DNA of 63,917 nucleotides, filler included. It is 5 parts of 5 records of this genome, joined end to end, with 100 filler letters (N's around TTAATTAATTAA, not from the genome) between each part and the next. Parts side by side here need not be neighbours in the genome. Positions count along the whole stretch, not along the records: positions 1 to 26,843 come from DRR723986_5221; 4 more parts are not named here. One strand, written 5' to 3'. Shown piece after piece: positions 9,825-19,600 of this stretch. Under the pieces are notes generated by a model. The model searched no databases and was not told the DNA's origin. It saw only the letters and a program-made list of their open reading frames with translations. Both the position numbers and the translations under genes were made by a program. Position 1 is the stretch's first letter. The number at the start of each line of letters is the position of its first letter.

Positions 9825-10493
9825 ATGGCACGCAGCATTCAAATAGCGCCTTCCCTCCTCTCCGCCGACTTCGCCAACCTGGAACGCGACGTTAAACGTT
9901 GTGAAGCCGGCGGCGCTGACATGATGCATGTTGACGTCATGGATGGACACTTTGTACCGAACATTACAATTGGTCCGTTGGTAGTTGCCGCACTGCGCCC
10001 TGTCACAAATTTACCGCTCGACGTGCACCTGATGATCTCCGAGCCGGATAGATACATCACACAATTTGCCGAGGCCGGTGCCGATAATATTTCGGTACAT
10101 GTTGAGGCAAGCACACACCTGCACCGCAGCCTGAGTTTGATTCGCGAATCCGGCAAACGCGCCGGCGCAGTGTTAAACCCCGTCACACCTTTAAATACCG
10201 TCTTTGACGCCGCCGAATACTGCGACTTCATTTTGTTAATGTCCGTCAACCCCGGCTTCGGCGGCCAGTCCTTCATCTCTTCTTTTTTGCGGCGTGCAAG
10301 TGAGTTAAGGACCTTCCTGGACAACAATAATCTGCAACATGTTGACATCCAGGTGGACGGTGGTGTTAAAATCGACAACGTTGCCGAAGTTGTTAACTCC
10401 GGTGCAAACCTGATCGTCAGCGGCTCCGGAATCTTCAGCGGCAACATCGAGGACAATATCCGCACTATGCGTCAGCGTGCCGGCGGCGCATAG
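9825..10493 (+). CDS. rpe: ribulose-phosphate 3-epimerase
   Basis: IAPSLLSADF, HVDVMDGHFVPNITIG, MSVNPGFGGQ, VDGG. Confidence 0.97.
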   Translation: MARSIQIAPSLLSADFANLERDVKRCEAGGADMMHVDVMDGHFVPNITIGPLVVAALRPVTNLPLDVHLMISEPDRYITQFAEAGADNISVHVEASTHLHRSLSLIRESGKRAGAVLNPVTPLNTVFDAAEYCDFILLMSVNPGFGGQSFISSFLRRASELRTFLDNNNLQHVDIQVDGGVKIDNVAEVVNSGANLIVSGSGIFSGNIEDNIRTMRQRAGGA

Positions 10494-10535
10494 TTAACAA
10501 CACTTATTGGCAGATGCTTGACTTAACTAACACCT

Positions 10536-10841
10536 CACTTCGCCTCCACTGCGTGGGCGGCTTGCTTTTTCTTCTTGTTAACATCTAAGTCTCCAGCCTC
10601 AAGCATTTTAATCTCAAGTACTTTTGACTTAAACACTTCAGTCTGCAAGTCTCAAGACTGTCTCTGGGTCTATCTCCGCGCCTGAAGACGCTGCGGCTTA
10701 AACACTCCGGCCTGGGATTTGCAAACAACAGCAAAAAGACTCGTCGTCTCAAATTCTTGAGGCCTGTGACTCCGCGACTAACAAAAGTAAAAAAACAAGC
10801 GACAGGACAAGACCGCTGCGGGCTGGGAGTGGGGCGAAGTG
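10536..10841. repeat. long imperfect nested inverted repeat (~300 nt)
   Basis: Four approximately co-centred arm pairs: 10536-10550/10828-10841, 10560-10580/10779-10800, 10596-10608/10751-10763, 10621-10626/10732-10738. Confidence 0.6.
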
Positions 10842-11306
10842 CTCTGGGAGTGGACCCGCGAGATAAACTGACGCTGTAAATCTGGAATTTTTTTTCGGAA
10901 TGGCTGTACAGGCAAAATAATTGCGTGCTGGAAAAACACGTATTTCTCGGAGACGATTTAACGGGCGGTGTTAACGGTTAAACGGGCAGTATTGAGGGTT
11001 TATCGGGAAATGAAAACATTTTGGGCGGATTTTTGTGTGATCAAGGGGACCACCCCGCGCTCCACCACCAAAGGCCTAAAAAAAGAGAACACGGCTCCTC
11101 CATCCGGTCCTCACCAGCTACAACGTCCACACGAACGCCACCGGCCCGTCAGCCGGCAAATATCACCATCACTCAACATGTCGTATCTCTTAATACAAGT
11201 CTACAAACACTCACGCCGCCACACAAGCAGCACATGCCCCAAGTGCCCCCCAGCGCGTATAAACGTCCACCAATCTGTCACAAGCGGGAAAGCTTAGCTC
11301 AAGCGC

Positions 11307-12104
11307 TCACTCCAGCGCGTCGCGACCAAAGACCTTAACGGCCGACATCGCCGGCACAAACTGCAAGTAAAACAGCAGCTCGTTGCTCTTGGTCAATGCC
11401 TGCTCAAACTCGTCACTCCAGCGCCAGTGAATAACGCCCTCGCGGTGCTCGTACTCCGGCCCGTCGTCAATCGTTACCGCACTCTGCTCAGGCAAAGTCG
11501 AAGCGCTCATAGCCGTGACAATCTCACTGATATTCTCGGGCATCTCGTCCGGCCGGCAGGCCCAGAACAGGATCGGCAGCGGCTCGTTAAGCAGGTCGAC
11601 CCACTCCTCGCTTACATCCAGCGCGGCAGTCACACTGTCGTCACTGCGCGCAATTACAGCGTCAAACTTCTTGAGCAGATTCGCAACGCTGTCCTGATGT
11701 TCCTCCACCGCGAGGCTAATCTGAAACTTCTCGCCCAGCGCCATGGCTCCCGCACGCAGCAGAAAATTACTTGGCCCGGCTATCGCGCAGCTGCGGATCT
11801 CCTCCAGATTCGGACGGAAATACACCGATGCCGCCTGCGTAAAACCCTCCAGCATCAGCGCCGGCCCCGGAACAATTCTATAATCTGCCGTGCCCACCGC
11901 CTGGCCATATGCCTCCGGCGAAATCAGTGCCAGCTCCACAGTATTGCGCAGCAAAAGTTCGCCACAACGGTCTTCGGGCACACGCAGCAGCTCAAAATTA
12001 TTCTGCTCACATATAGCCTGGGCATGCAAAATCAGCGGATCATACACCGAATCGTCGGGAATGGCTACGCGGATCTTCAGTTCGGGTTTGGACGTAATAC
12101 TCAC
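11307..12104 (-). CDS. MqnA/MqnD/SBP-family protein (divergent chorismate dehydratase-like)
   Basis: ELLLRNTVELALISP, YRIVPG, LDVSEEW..L..PLPILFWA resemble the MqnA fold; probable GTG start at 12104 just after the trmH stop. Confidence 0.6.
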   Translation of the reverse strand: MSITSKPELKIRVAIPDDSVYDPLILHAQAICEQNNFELLRVPEDRCGELLLRNTVELALISPEAYGQAVGTADYRIVPGPALMLEGFTQAASVYFRPNLEEIRSCAIAGPSNFLLRAGAMALGEKFQISLAVEEHQDSVANLLKKFDAVIARSDDSVTAALDVSEEWVDLLNEPLPILFWACRPDEMPENISEIVTAMSASTLPEQSAVTIDDGPEYEHREGVIHWRWSDEFEQALTKSNELLFYLQFVPAMSAVKVFGRDALE

Positions 12105-12111
12105 GGGAATC

Positions 12112-12660
12112 TCAGGAGTTTTGCGGAAGTTGTAGCCAGCAATCCACGGCTGCCGCACCGGCAATACCAGTCGCTACGCTGACATTAAAAGAGTGTTTGA
12201 CGCCGTACATCGGAATTTCGATCGCACCGTCACATAATTCTAGAATCTCGTCATCAACGCCCTGGATCTCATTGCCCAGCACAATCGTCAGCGGAAAGTC
12301 GGCCGCCACCAGCGCATCATGCCTGCGACTGTCATTCGTCAGCTCCAGCGCCAGCACGGTATGCCCCGCCTGTTTTTGGCGCAGCACAGCTTCCGACGTC
12401 ACATCATAGGCCGACCAGGGCACAATCTCGTCCGCATCCAGCGCAGTTTTGGCAATCTCAGTCCGCGGCGGACGCGGGGTATAACCACAAATCAGCAGCT
12501 CCTGCAGCCCCAGCGCATCGGCAGTCCGGAAAATCGAACCCACATTATATAAGGAACGAATATTATGCAGAATCAGGCTGACAGGATGGCGTGCAGCCTG
12601 GCGTGCCACATCCGGCGTCAGACGCTGCTCCAGCAACTCAGCATGCAGTAGTTTGCGCAT
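12112..12660 (-). CDS. TrmH/SpoU family RNA methyltransferase
   Basis: LHNIRSLYNVGSIFRTADA, VLGNEIQGV, IPMYGVKHSFNVSVA SPOUT motifs. Confidence 0.92.
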   Translation of the reverse strand: MRKLLHAELLEQRLTPDVARQAARHPVSLILHNIRSLYNVGSIFRTADALGLQELLICGYTPRPPRTEIAKTALDADEIVPWSAYDVTSEAVLRQKQAGHTVLALELTNDSRRHDALVAADFPLTIVLGNEIQGVDDEILELCDGAIEIPMYGVKHSFNVSVATGIAGAAAVDCWLQLPQNS

Positions 12661-13273
12661 AGGCCTCGGCCACCTGCTAATCATTTGTTGAAAACGAGCC
12701 CCTAGGAACTACACAGCCCCCGTGATATTGTATTGCGTCCGTTTCGCGCTTTTTTCCTGGCATATCGGCAGCGTTGCTGGCCTCTTTTTGAGCATTTTGT
12801 TAGTCGCCGGGAGCAAAACCTCAATTCCCTGCACCCGCAAGTATTTTTGTCATTCAGCATGTGCCTGCGAGTCCGCAAACATCCGGGCCCAAATCCGCTC
12901 AGCGTGCCCGCAATACAACAGTGCCGCTCTGCCGCCGGCCTTGCAAAATCTTGGCTACAGGCGCAACAGACCTGGGCCGCGAGTGTTTCAGTAATTAGGC
13001 CAGGATGCGCCCGGCCTAAATTCGTGTATCATCCCCAATGAAAAATGCATTCTTAACGTCGCTTTAGTCTAAGCGGCACAAAATGCAGCTTACAGTTGTT
13101 GCCTGAATGTGACCAAGCAGCGGGTTCACTTGTCTACTGCCTGCATCGGCAAAAAGTAACTTGCATGCGCGCCTAAACTCAGCTTCAAATTTTGTGTCTG
13201 GCAGGTAATCGCCGGCGCAGTATTTTGCGTTCGGCACTTCCCGGCCTCACGTACCATTTCTGATCGGACCTTC

Positions 13274-16200
13274 ATGCCACTTCATCGCAGCCTGTTAGGA
13301 CTTGCTATCGTTCTCATGAGCCTGTGCTGCATGCAGCAAATCAGCTATGCGCAGGTTGTGCAGGACTCACTTGTGCGCGATAACCGCGGCAAAGAGTTCT
13401 ACGTGACGTTCATGCCTAACATCCATAACAATCCGCCTGAACTTGAAGACTCGCTCTATCTGTTTTTTAGCGCCGACAGAGTCACGAACGTCACAGTTAA
13501 TTACCACAGCATGGTAAATGCCGGAACGGAAAACGTCTTTCGTGATTACTCCCAGAGTTTTACCGTCAACGCAAATCAGGTCTACACCTTTTCGCTGCCC
13601 TACAAACAACGCTTCAGCAACTTCCCGACGGAATATTTTGAACTGCCGGGCTATCGCGAAAATGCGGAAGTCCGGCCCGACGTTATCTCCGTCAACGAAG
13701 ATATCGTGCCGCTCTCATTCCACATCGAAGCCGACGAAGAAATTGCGGTCTACGGCCTGAATCGCGCGCGGACTACCAGCGATGCCTTCATGGCCCTGCC
13801 GGTAGACGTTCTGGGGACCAACTACTTTGTACTCTCATATAATACACATGACTTTAGAGTTGGCATTACAACACCCTCGCAGTTTGCAATTGTGGCTACC
13901 GAAGATGAGACCGAAGTTGAGTTTACACCTTCGGCGCCCACTTTCAAAAATGGCAGAGACAGGCAGCTCATTCAGTTGAACGCAGGTGATGTTTACCTGG
14001 TACATGCCGACCTGTTTGACGCCTCTCAAACCGACCAAATCCTGGACGGCAATTCCCACGATTTAAGCGGCACAAACATCGTCAGTGATAAACCGATTGC
14101 AGTTTTTGCGGGGCACCAGCGGGCTATGATTCCGCATCTTGGCACCGAAACTTTTAACTCGCGGGACCACCTGGTGCAGCAAATGATGCCGCTGAGCACC
14201 TGGGGCACACAGGCCATCATCGTTCCATTTGTCGACTCGCCCGATGAGTCGACCGAACCAAATAACGACCTGTTCCGCGTTGTAGCTGCGCTCGACGGCA
14301 CAACCGTCAACATCGCCGGAACGCAAACGGTGACGCTCAATGCCGGCGAAATCTACGAAGGTTTCATTGGCCGCGAAGCATTTTTGATCGACGCAGACGC
14401 GCCAATCATGGTTGCTGAGTATCGCCATTCGATCACGGTCCGCAACCCTGAAAACGAAAATCCACAGCTGCTGCAGGCCGACCCTTTTATGCTGCTGATT
14501 CCGCCTGTGGAACAGTTTCTTGACGAATACCTAACGATTAATGCACAGTCCAGCCAGAGAGTCGGCAATATTGAGGTTATCCGGAACGAACTCGTCTACG
14601 AAACCCAGTACATTACACTCGTAATGCCCACGGCCAACCAAAACAGTATTATCGTAGAGCCGCCGCCGCTCTCGCCTTACAACTGGACCCCGGTACCGGG
14701 CACGGAATATTCCTTCACAACCGTCCGCGTCAATGACGGTGTGCACCAGATTGCCGCCGATACGACCGTCGGTGTCTACGTCTACGGCTACGGCGCCGCC
14801 GATTCTTATGGTTATCCTGGTGGCGTTCGTTTTGAGAAAATTTTTGGCCCCGTCATCGATGCCGAAGACGATTGTGCCAGAGTTGACGGTTTTGTAGCCG
14901 ATACCAGCAGTTTTGACAAACCGATTGTCTCCGTCGAAGTCCCCCAAGACCGCATCGTCAATGTTGATATCCGCTTTGACCCGCCCACAACCCCGCGTGA
15001 CACGGTTGTATTCGAGGCCCAGCTACGCAATCCCTATGAGGATGGTGAGTTCTATATTCTGGCTAAGGACGCGCTACGCCTGGAAGTTGAAGGGCTCTAC
15101 CGCCTGCCGGGTTTCACCGTCCACGTGGATGCCAGCATTCGCGATGATGCTACTGTTTCAGAAGTTGACTCCGTCAGTATCGGCCGCGAAAAGTGCTACA
15201 CGGCCACGCTGACCAATTACGGACGCTTTCCACAAAACATCGATGCCCTGCAGTTCCGTTCAGCCTCCAGCCCGTTTACCTTCGCCCCGGGCAGCCCGCA
15301 GACTCCATTTGAAATTCTGCCGGGTGAATCCATCGAAATTGGCTTCTGTTTTGTTGCCGACGCCGCCGGCGAGTTTAACGACACACTCGAGATTGTAGGT
15401 GACTGCATACCGCGTGCCGTTATAGATCTGAGTTGGGTAACCGATATTGATTCACAGGATCCGTCCATCATTGGTGCAGATGATCTTTGCCTCGACCCAT
15501 TTTCTCTGTTAGTAGAGGATCGGCATGCATTTGCTTCGGGAATTGCTTCCATCGAAGTCATTGAAGCCGTCAATACCGATGTCAGGTTCACCGAAGATGA
15601 ACTTCCAGACGCCGCCAGTATTGACGTCCGCGTCCGCGACCGCCGCCTGGATGCGATTTACCACGTTGCTGTAACTGACCAGCAAGGCAACACGAGCATC
15701 TTTATTGACACGATTCCTGGTTTCACTCTGGCATTGATAGAGCCGCAAAACGGTTTCCTCGATTTTGGCAGCTTGTCACTCGGCAGTATAGAGTGCACGG
15801 AAATTGCCGTGCAGAACTTTGGTTCGCGCCCACTGGAATTTGACCTCCTGCAAATGCTGGGAAATGTTAACTTCTCCCTGCCATATTCGCAGTATCCTAT
15901 CGTGCTGGCCCCCAATGAAACGCGCGAGTTGACTCTCTGTTTCCATCCGCGTATCGCCGGTGATTTGATGGACACGCTTCTGTTCCCCTTCAACTGTATC
16001 AACCTGCCGCTGCAAATGGCGGGTGCCAGTATTGCTCCGCGTTTTTCGGGAACTGCCAACTGCGACTTTGTCCTCACAGGCACAGTGTCTGAATTGGACG
16101 AATCGGGTATTCGCAGCGGCCTGGTTAAAGCAGCCTACCCCAATCCCACGGGTGAACGCAGTGTGATTGATATCGCCCTGGACGAAGCCCAGCAAGTCAC

Positions 16201-16372
16201 CGTTCGTGTGGTGCACATGTCCGGCCGCGAAGTCATCCGTTCGCAGCAACTTCTGCCGGCGGGCCACATCTCCGTTGAGCTGGATCTAACGGAAATGGCC
16301 GCAGGCATGTACTATTACCAAATCCAGTCGCGCGACGTCAACCATGTGGACGCGCTCATCATTCAACGTTAA
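13274..16372 (+). CDS. IgGFc-binding N-terminal domain protein with Ig-like repeats and T9SS C-terminal sorting domain
   Basis: Signal peptide; RGKEFYVTF, SDAFMALPVDVLGTNY, RDHLVQQM, DPFM, YGYGAADSYGYPGG; C-terminal AYPNP...GMYYYQI. Confidence 0.82.
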   Translation: MPLHRSLLGLAIVLMSLCCMQQISYAQVVQDSLVRDNRGKEFYVTFMPNIHNNPPELEDSLYLFFSADRVTNVTVNYHSMVNAGTENVFRDYSQSFTVNANQVYTFSLPYKQRFSNFPTEYFELPGYRENAEVRPDVISVNEDIVPLSFHIEADEEIAVYGLNRARTTSDAFMALPVDVLGTNYFVLSYNTHDFRVGITTPSQFAIVATEDETEVEFTPSAPTFKNGRDRQLIQLNAGDVYLVHADLFDASQTDQILDGNSHDLSGTNIVSDKPIAVFAGHQRAMIPHLGTETFNSRDHLVQQMMPLSTWGTQAIIVPFVDSPDESTEPNNDLFRVVAALDGTTVNIAGTQTVTLNAGEIYEGFIGREAFLIDADAPIMVAEYRHSITVRNPENENPQLLQADPFMLLIPPVEQFLDEYLTINAQSSQRVGNIEVIRNELVYETQYITLVMPTANQNSIIVEPPPLSPYNWTPVPGTEYSFTTVRVNDGVHQIAADTTVGVYVYGYGAADSYGYPGGVRFEKIFGPVIDAEDDCARVDGFVADTSSFDKPIVSVEVPQDRIVNVDIRFDPPTTPRDTVVFEAQLRNPYEDGEFYILAKDALRLEVEGLYRLPGFTVHVDASIRDDATVSEVDSVSIGREKCYTATLTNYGRFPQNIDALQFRSASSPFTFAPGSPQTPFEILPGESIEIGFCFVADAAGEFNDTLEIVGDCIPRAVIDLSWVTDIDSQDPSIIGADDLCLDPFSLLVEDRHAFASGIASIEVIEAVNTDVRFTEDELPDAASIDVRVRDRRLDAIYHVAVTDQQGNTSIFIDTIPGFTLALIEPQNGFLDFGSLSLGSIECTEIAVQNFGSRPLEFDLLQMLGNVNFSLPYSQYPIVLAPNETRELTLCFHPRIAGDLMDTLLFPFNCINLPLQMAGASIAPRFSGTANCDFVLTGTVSELDESGIRSGLVKAAYPNPTGERSVIDIALDEAQQVTVRVVHMSGREVIRSQQLLPAGHISVELDLTEMAAGMYYYQIQSRDVNHVDALIIQR

Positions 16373-16422
16373 GCGTCTGCGGGGGCCAAAAATCCCCGAC
16401 TGATTCATGCGCATTTTTAGCC

Positions 16423-16461
16423 AAAAGCGGCGGAGCAATCATGCTCCGCCGCTTTTGTTTT
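16423..16461 (+). terminator. intrinsic, probably bidirectional, terminator
   Basis: AAAA-GCGGCGGAGCA-ATCA-TGCTCCGCCGC-TTTTGTTTT. Confidence 0.85.
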
Positions 16462-16689
16462 ATTCCATTTTTCGGACTGCCCCAGTAGCAGCAGACTGCT
16501 GCAGACTGCTGCCGGGCTACGGCCCCGAATCAAACACACCACATTTTGCCGGGTTCAATCATTTTCGTAATATCTACGATGCCACAATAATCAGCATTTA
16601 TTTTCAAATGTTGAGAAGCTACTCCATTCGACTGCAAAAGTTGAGCAAGGGTAGCCCACGGACACCGCACGCTTCCGGGAGTAGAGTTA

Positions 16690-19600
16690 ATGCCACTTGC
16701 AAACAAGAATCGGCGCGTACTGCGCATTTTTAGTCTAACAATCTTAACCTTTGCGGCTGGCTGTGTAGCGTTTTATTTTATCTTTTTCACAAATAAACGC
16801 AACGAAGTCATTGAACGTAATTTCAGGAGGCTGAATGCAATTGCGCTGCAAGTAGAAAATCGGCTGAGTACAATTAACACGATCATCGGCAATGCCCATA
16901 AGACCCGTGCAGCCGCCAAGACCGGCACTGATGAGATAAAATATTGGCAAGGCATCGCCAAAGGGATTCCGCACCTGAATCAGTCCCGCGAGCGCAAAGC
17001 CAGGCCGCACTCTGTGGGTACGGGTACTCCAGACGACGACTCACCGCCCAGCCCGTACCCGCAGCTACTCAGAATATCAATTAGCCCCAAAGCATTTACG
17101 TGGATCGTTCCCTCTGCTGCCGCAGCAGAATCTGATTCATGCACCGAGTTAAACCTTGACTGGCAAGGCGCTCTACGCGAGACAATAGGTGCATCCAATT
17201 TTGACAATGTTTACCTGGCTGCTGCAGATGGACGAGTGGCCTTCCAGCTGCATCGCCGTCACGGCTCACTCAGAAACCTGGGGAATCTGCAGCTCTTTGA
17301 CGAGCGCGACAAAACCGTCGGATTTGACAGCGTTGCAAACTATGGCGGACTCTTTAGTGCCAAGTTCCATGGCACAAATCACGTTCTATTTGCCCAGCCA
17401 CTCCTGCTGCCTGCAATTGAAGATATCACGACAAAACAGCACTGGACACTCATAGCAGATGTTAAAAATCAGAAATTTGTCAACGAGTCACTACGGCTGC
17501 CTACACCGGTGATACTTACCTTCATTGGCTTAGGAGTAGTTTTACTTACAATTTGGCCACTCTTAAACATTTTGGCCTCAGGCCGCCATACGCGCATCCG
17601 GCGGCTGGACATAATATTTATGGGGCTCTCTGCCACCGTCGGCACGGCCCTTGCGGCCTTTTTCGTAACCGACGTGTACTTCGTAACCGACAACCGCCGC
17701 ACTTATGATTTACAGCTGCATGAACTGGCAAATAGAGTCGACAGCAACTTCCGCTCAGAGGTTTATTCAGCCGTACAACAGCTTAATTTCTTCAAAGACA
17801 ATCGCCCGGAAATGCTCGGCGCAAATTCATCAGGAAGTGCGCCGCAGATTGAACCAGTCTCGGCCTACTACTTAAACAGGGAGTCGTCGTCTTACGTAAA
17901 AACGACGCATAACATTAGCAGCGGGAACGACCTGGCGTACTTTGAATATCGCACTGAGAAAATCGCTGACCCTAACGGCAATATCGAGCAGAAAACCCTT
18001 TGTGAGAAAAATCATGGATGGTACTATCCATTCTTTGACCGCGTAATTCTGGTTGATAGCAGCGGCACAATTCAGTTGAAGATTTCACCTGGGAACGAGT
18101 CAATTGGATTGCCAAATCTTAGTGACCGTGCCTACTTCAAGGCAATTAAAAACCAAATACCATGGCGAATCCCCAGGTCAGACAGTGCCAACAGAAATGA
18201 AACCTTTGAAGTGGTCATAAGCCCGCATATTTCGTGGGTCAGTGGTGCTCACGAAACCACGATAGCAGTCCCATTTCTCCCGGCAGGCAGCAATGCACCG
18301 TGGATAGCAGCGATGGACGTCACAACACTTCACTCTGTAGATGATATAGTCCTGCCGCGCGGCTTTAACCTCGCAATTGTAGATCAGGAAGGCAAAGTAA
18401 AATACCACACAGTATCGAACCGGCGCGCCGTCGAGAACCTCTTAACAGAGTGTTCGGGCAACGGCCGCCTGGCAACCGCAATTGCGGGCCGGCGTGCGGA
18501 CTGGATGACTTGTTCCTATTGGGGAGCAAATCATCGCTTCTACACTAAACCGATTCCAGGCACCGAATGGAGTATTGCTGTCTTTTATGATGAAGACGTA
18601 TGGCTGCACAGCTTAAATTCTGAACTGCTAATGGTCGCCGGAGGTTTATACGTCCTGAACCTCCTGATACTATTGCTCGCTATTGCAATTATGTTATCAA
18701 CCGGGGGCATAAAATTGGACTGGCTGTGGCCCAGCCTGGCCAACCATCGATATTACAAACGCTTAATTTGGCAGATCATTCTGTTTGTGTTGTTTTATAT
18801 CACGGTCATGGTCAACGACTTTAACTTTGACCACGTCTTGATTAGTGCGTTATTTCTGCCAATATTTTTTTCATTGGTCACGTACTTTTCGCTTAAGCGC
18901 CAGCGTGCATTTAACCTTACGGTCGGTTTTACCTATCTCGCTCTCATTGGTTTTGGGCCACTGCTTGCCTGCACGGACTTCATCAGCTTGGGTGGGGCAG
19001 CACAAGCATCCACCTCAAATATTGGAAGTGCTATCTATGCACTGCGCTATTTTGGCTGGTTCCTTGTAATTGTGACCGTCCAGCAAGTCTTGCAGCGGAC
19101 GGGACTATTACAGAGGCAGCGGAACATAAAATCACTGACTGATTGGCGCGTAAAAATGTTAATAATGGGCATATTCCTTCAGGGCATCGCGCTCATAGTC
19201 CACTCGCACAATGAGTCAATACACACCTTGCTGGAAGTCGGCCTGCACATCTTCATTTCCTGTTTAACAATTTTTGCGCTGTTCAACTTCTCGGAAAAAC
19301 GCGACTATTTCTCGAACCACGAGTACATCGAACACCTGCATTCGCTGCGCTTACAAAAGGCTGAGAGCTCGGTCAACATCAAATCATTCAGGCGCACATA
19401 CAAGACCTTCATTTTTTGCGTAGTCACAGTCGTGGGTGTAGCACCGTCCTTTGCCTATTTCTTTCTGACGCAAAGTGTGTTGTTTGACATAAACCTAAAG
19501 GACGTCCAAAAAACTATGGCTGACGACATTCAGGAACGGCACGCGACATTTCAGAAGCGCTACGCCAAACCTGGAATGTCACAAGTAGAATCACAGCGCC

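Noticed and set aside
10968-11338. Two ~105-aa plus-strand ORFs in the rpe-mqnA gap
   Set aside because: Low-complexity Pro/Thr/His-rich translations with no RBS or motif support
16491-16510. GCAGACTGCT tandem duplication
   Set aside because: Two copies only; likely a slippage event with no evident function
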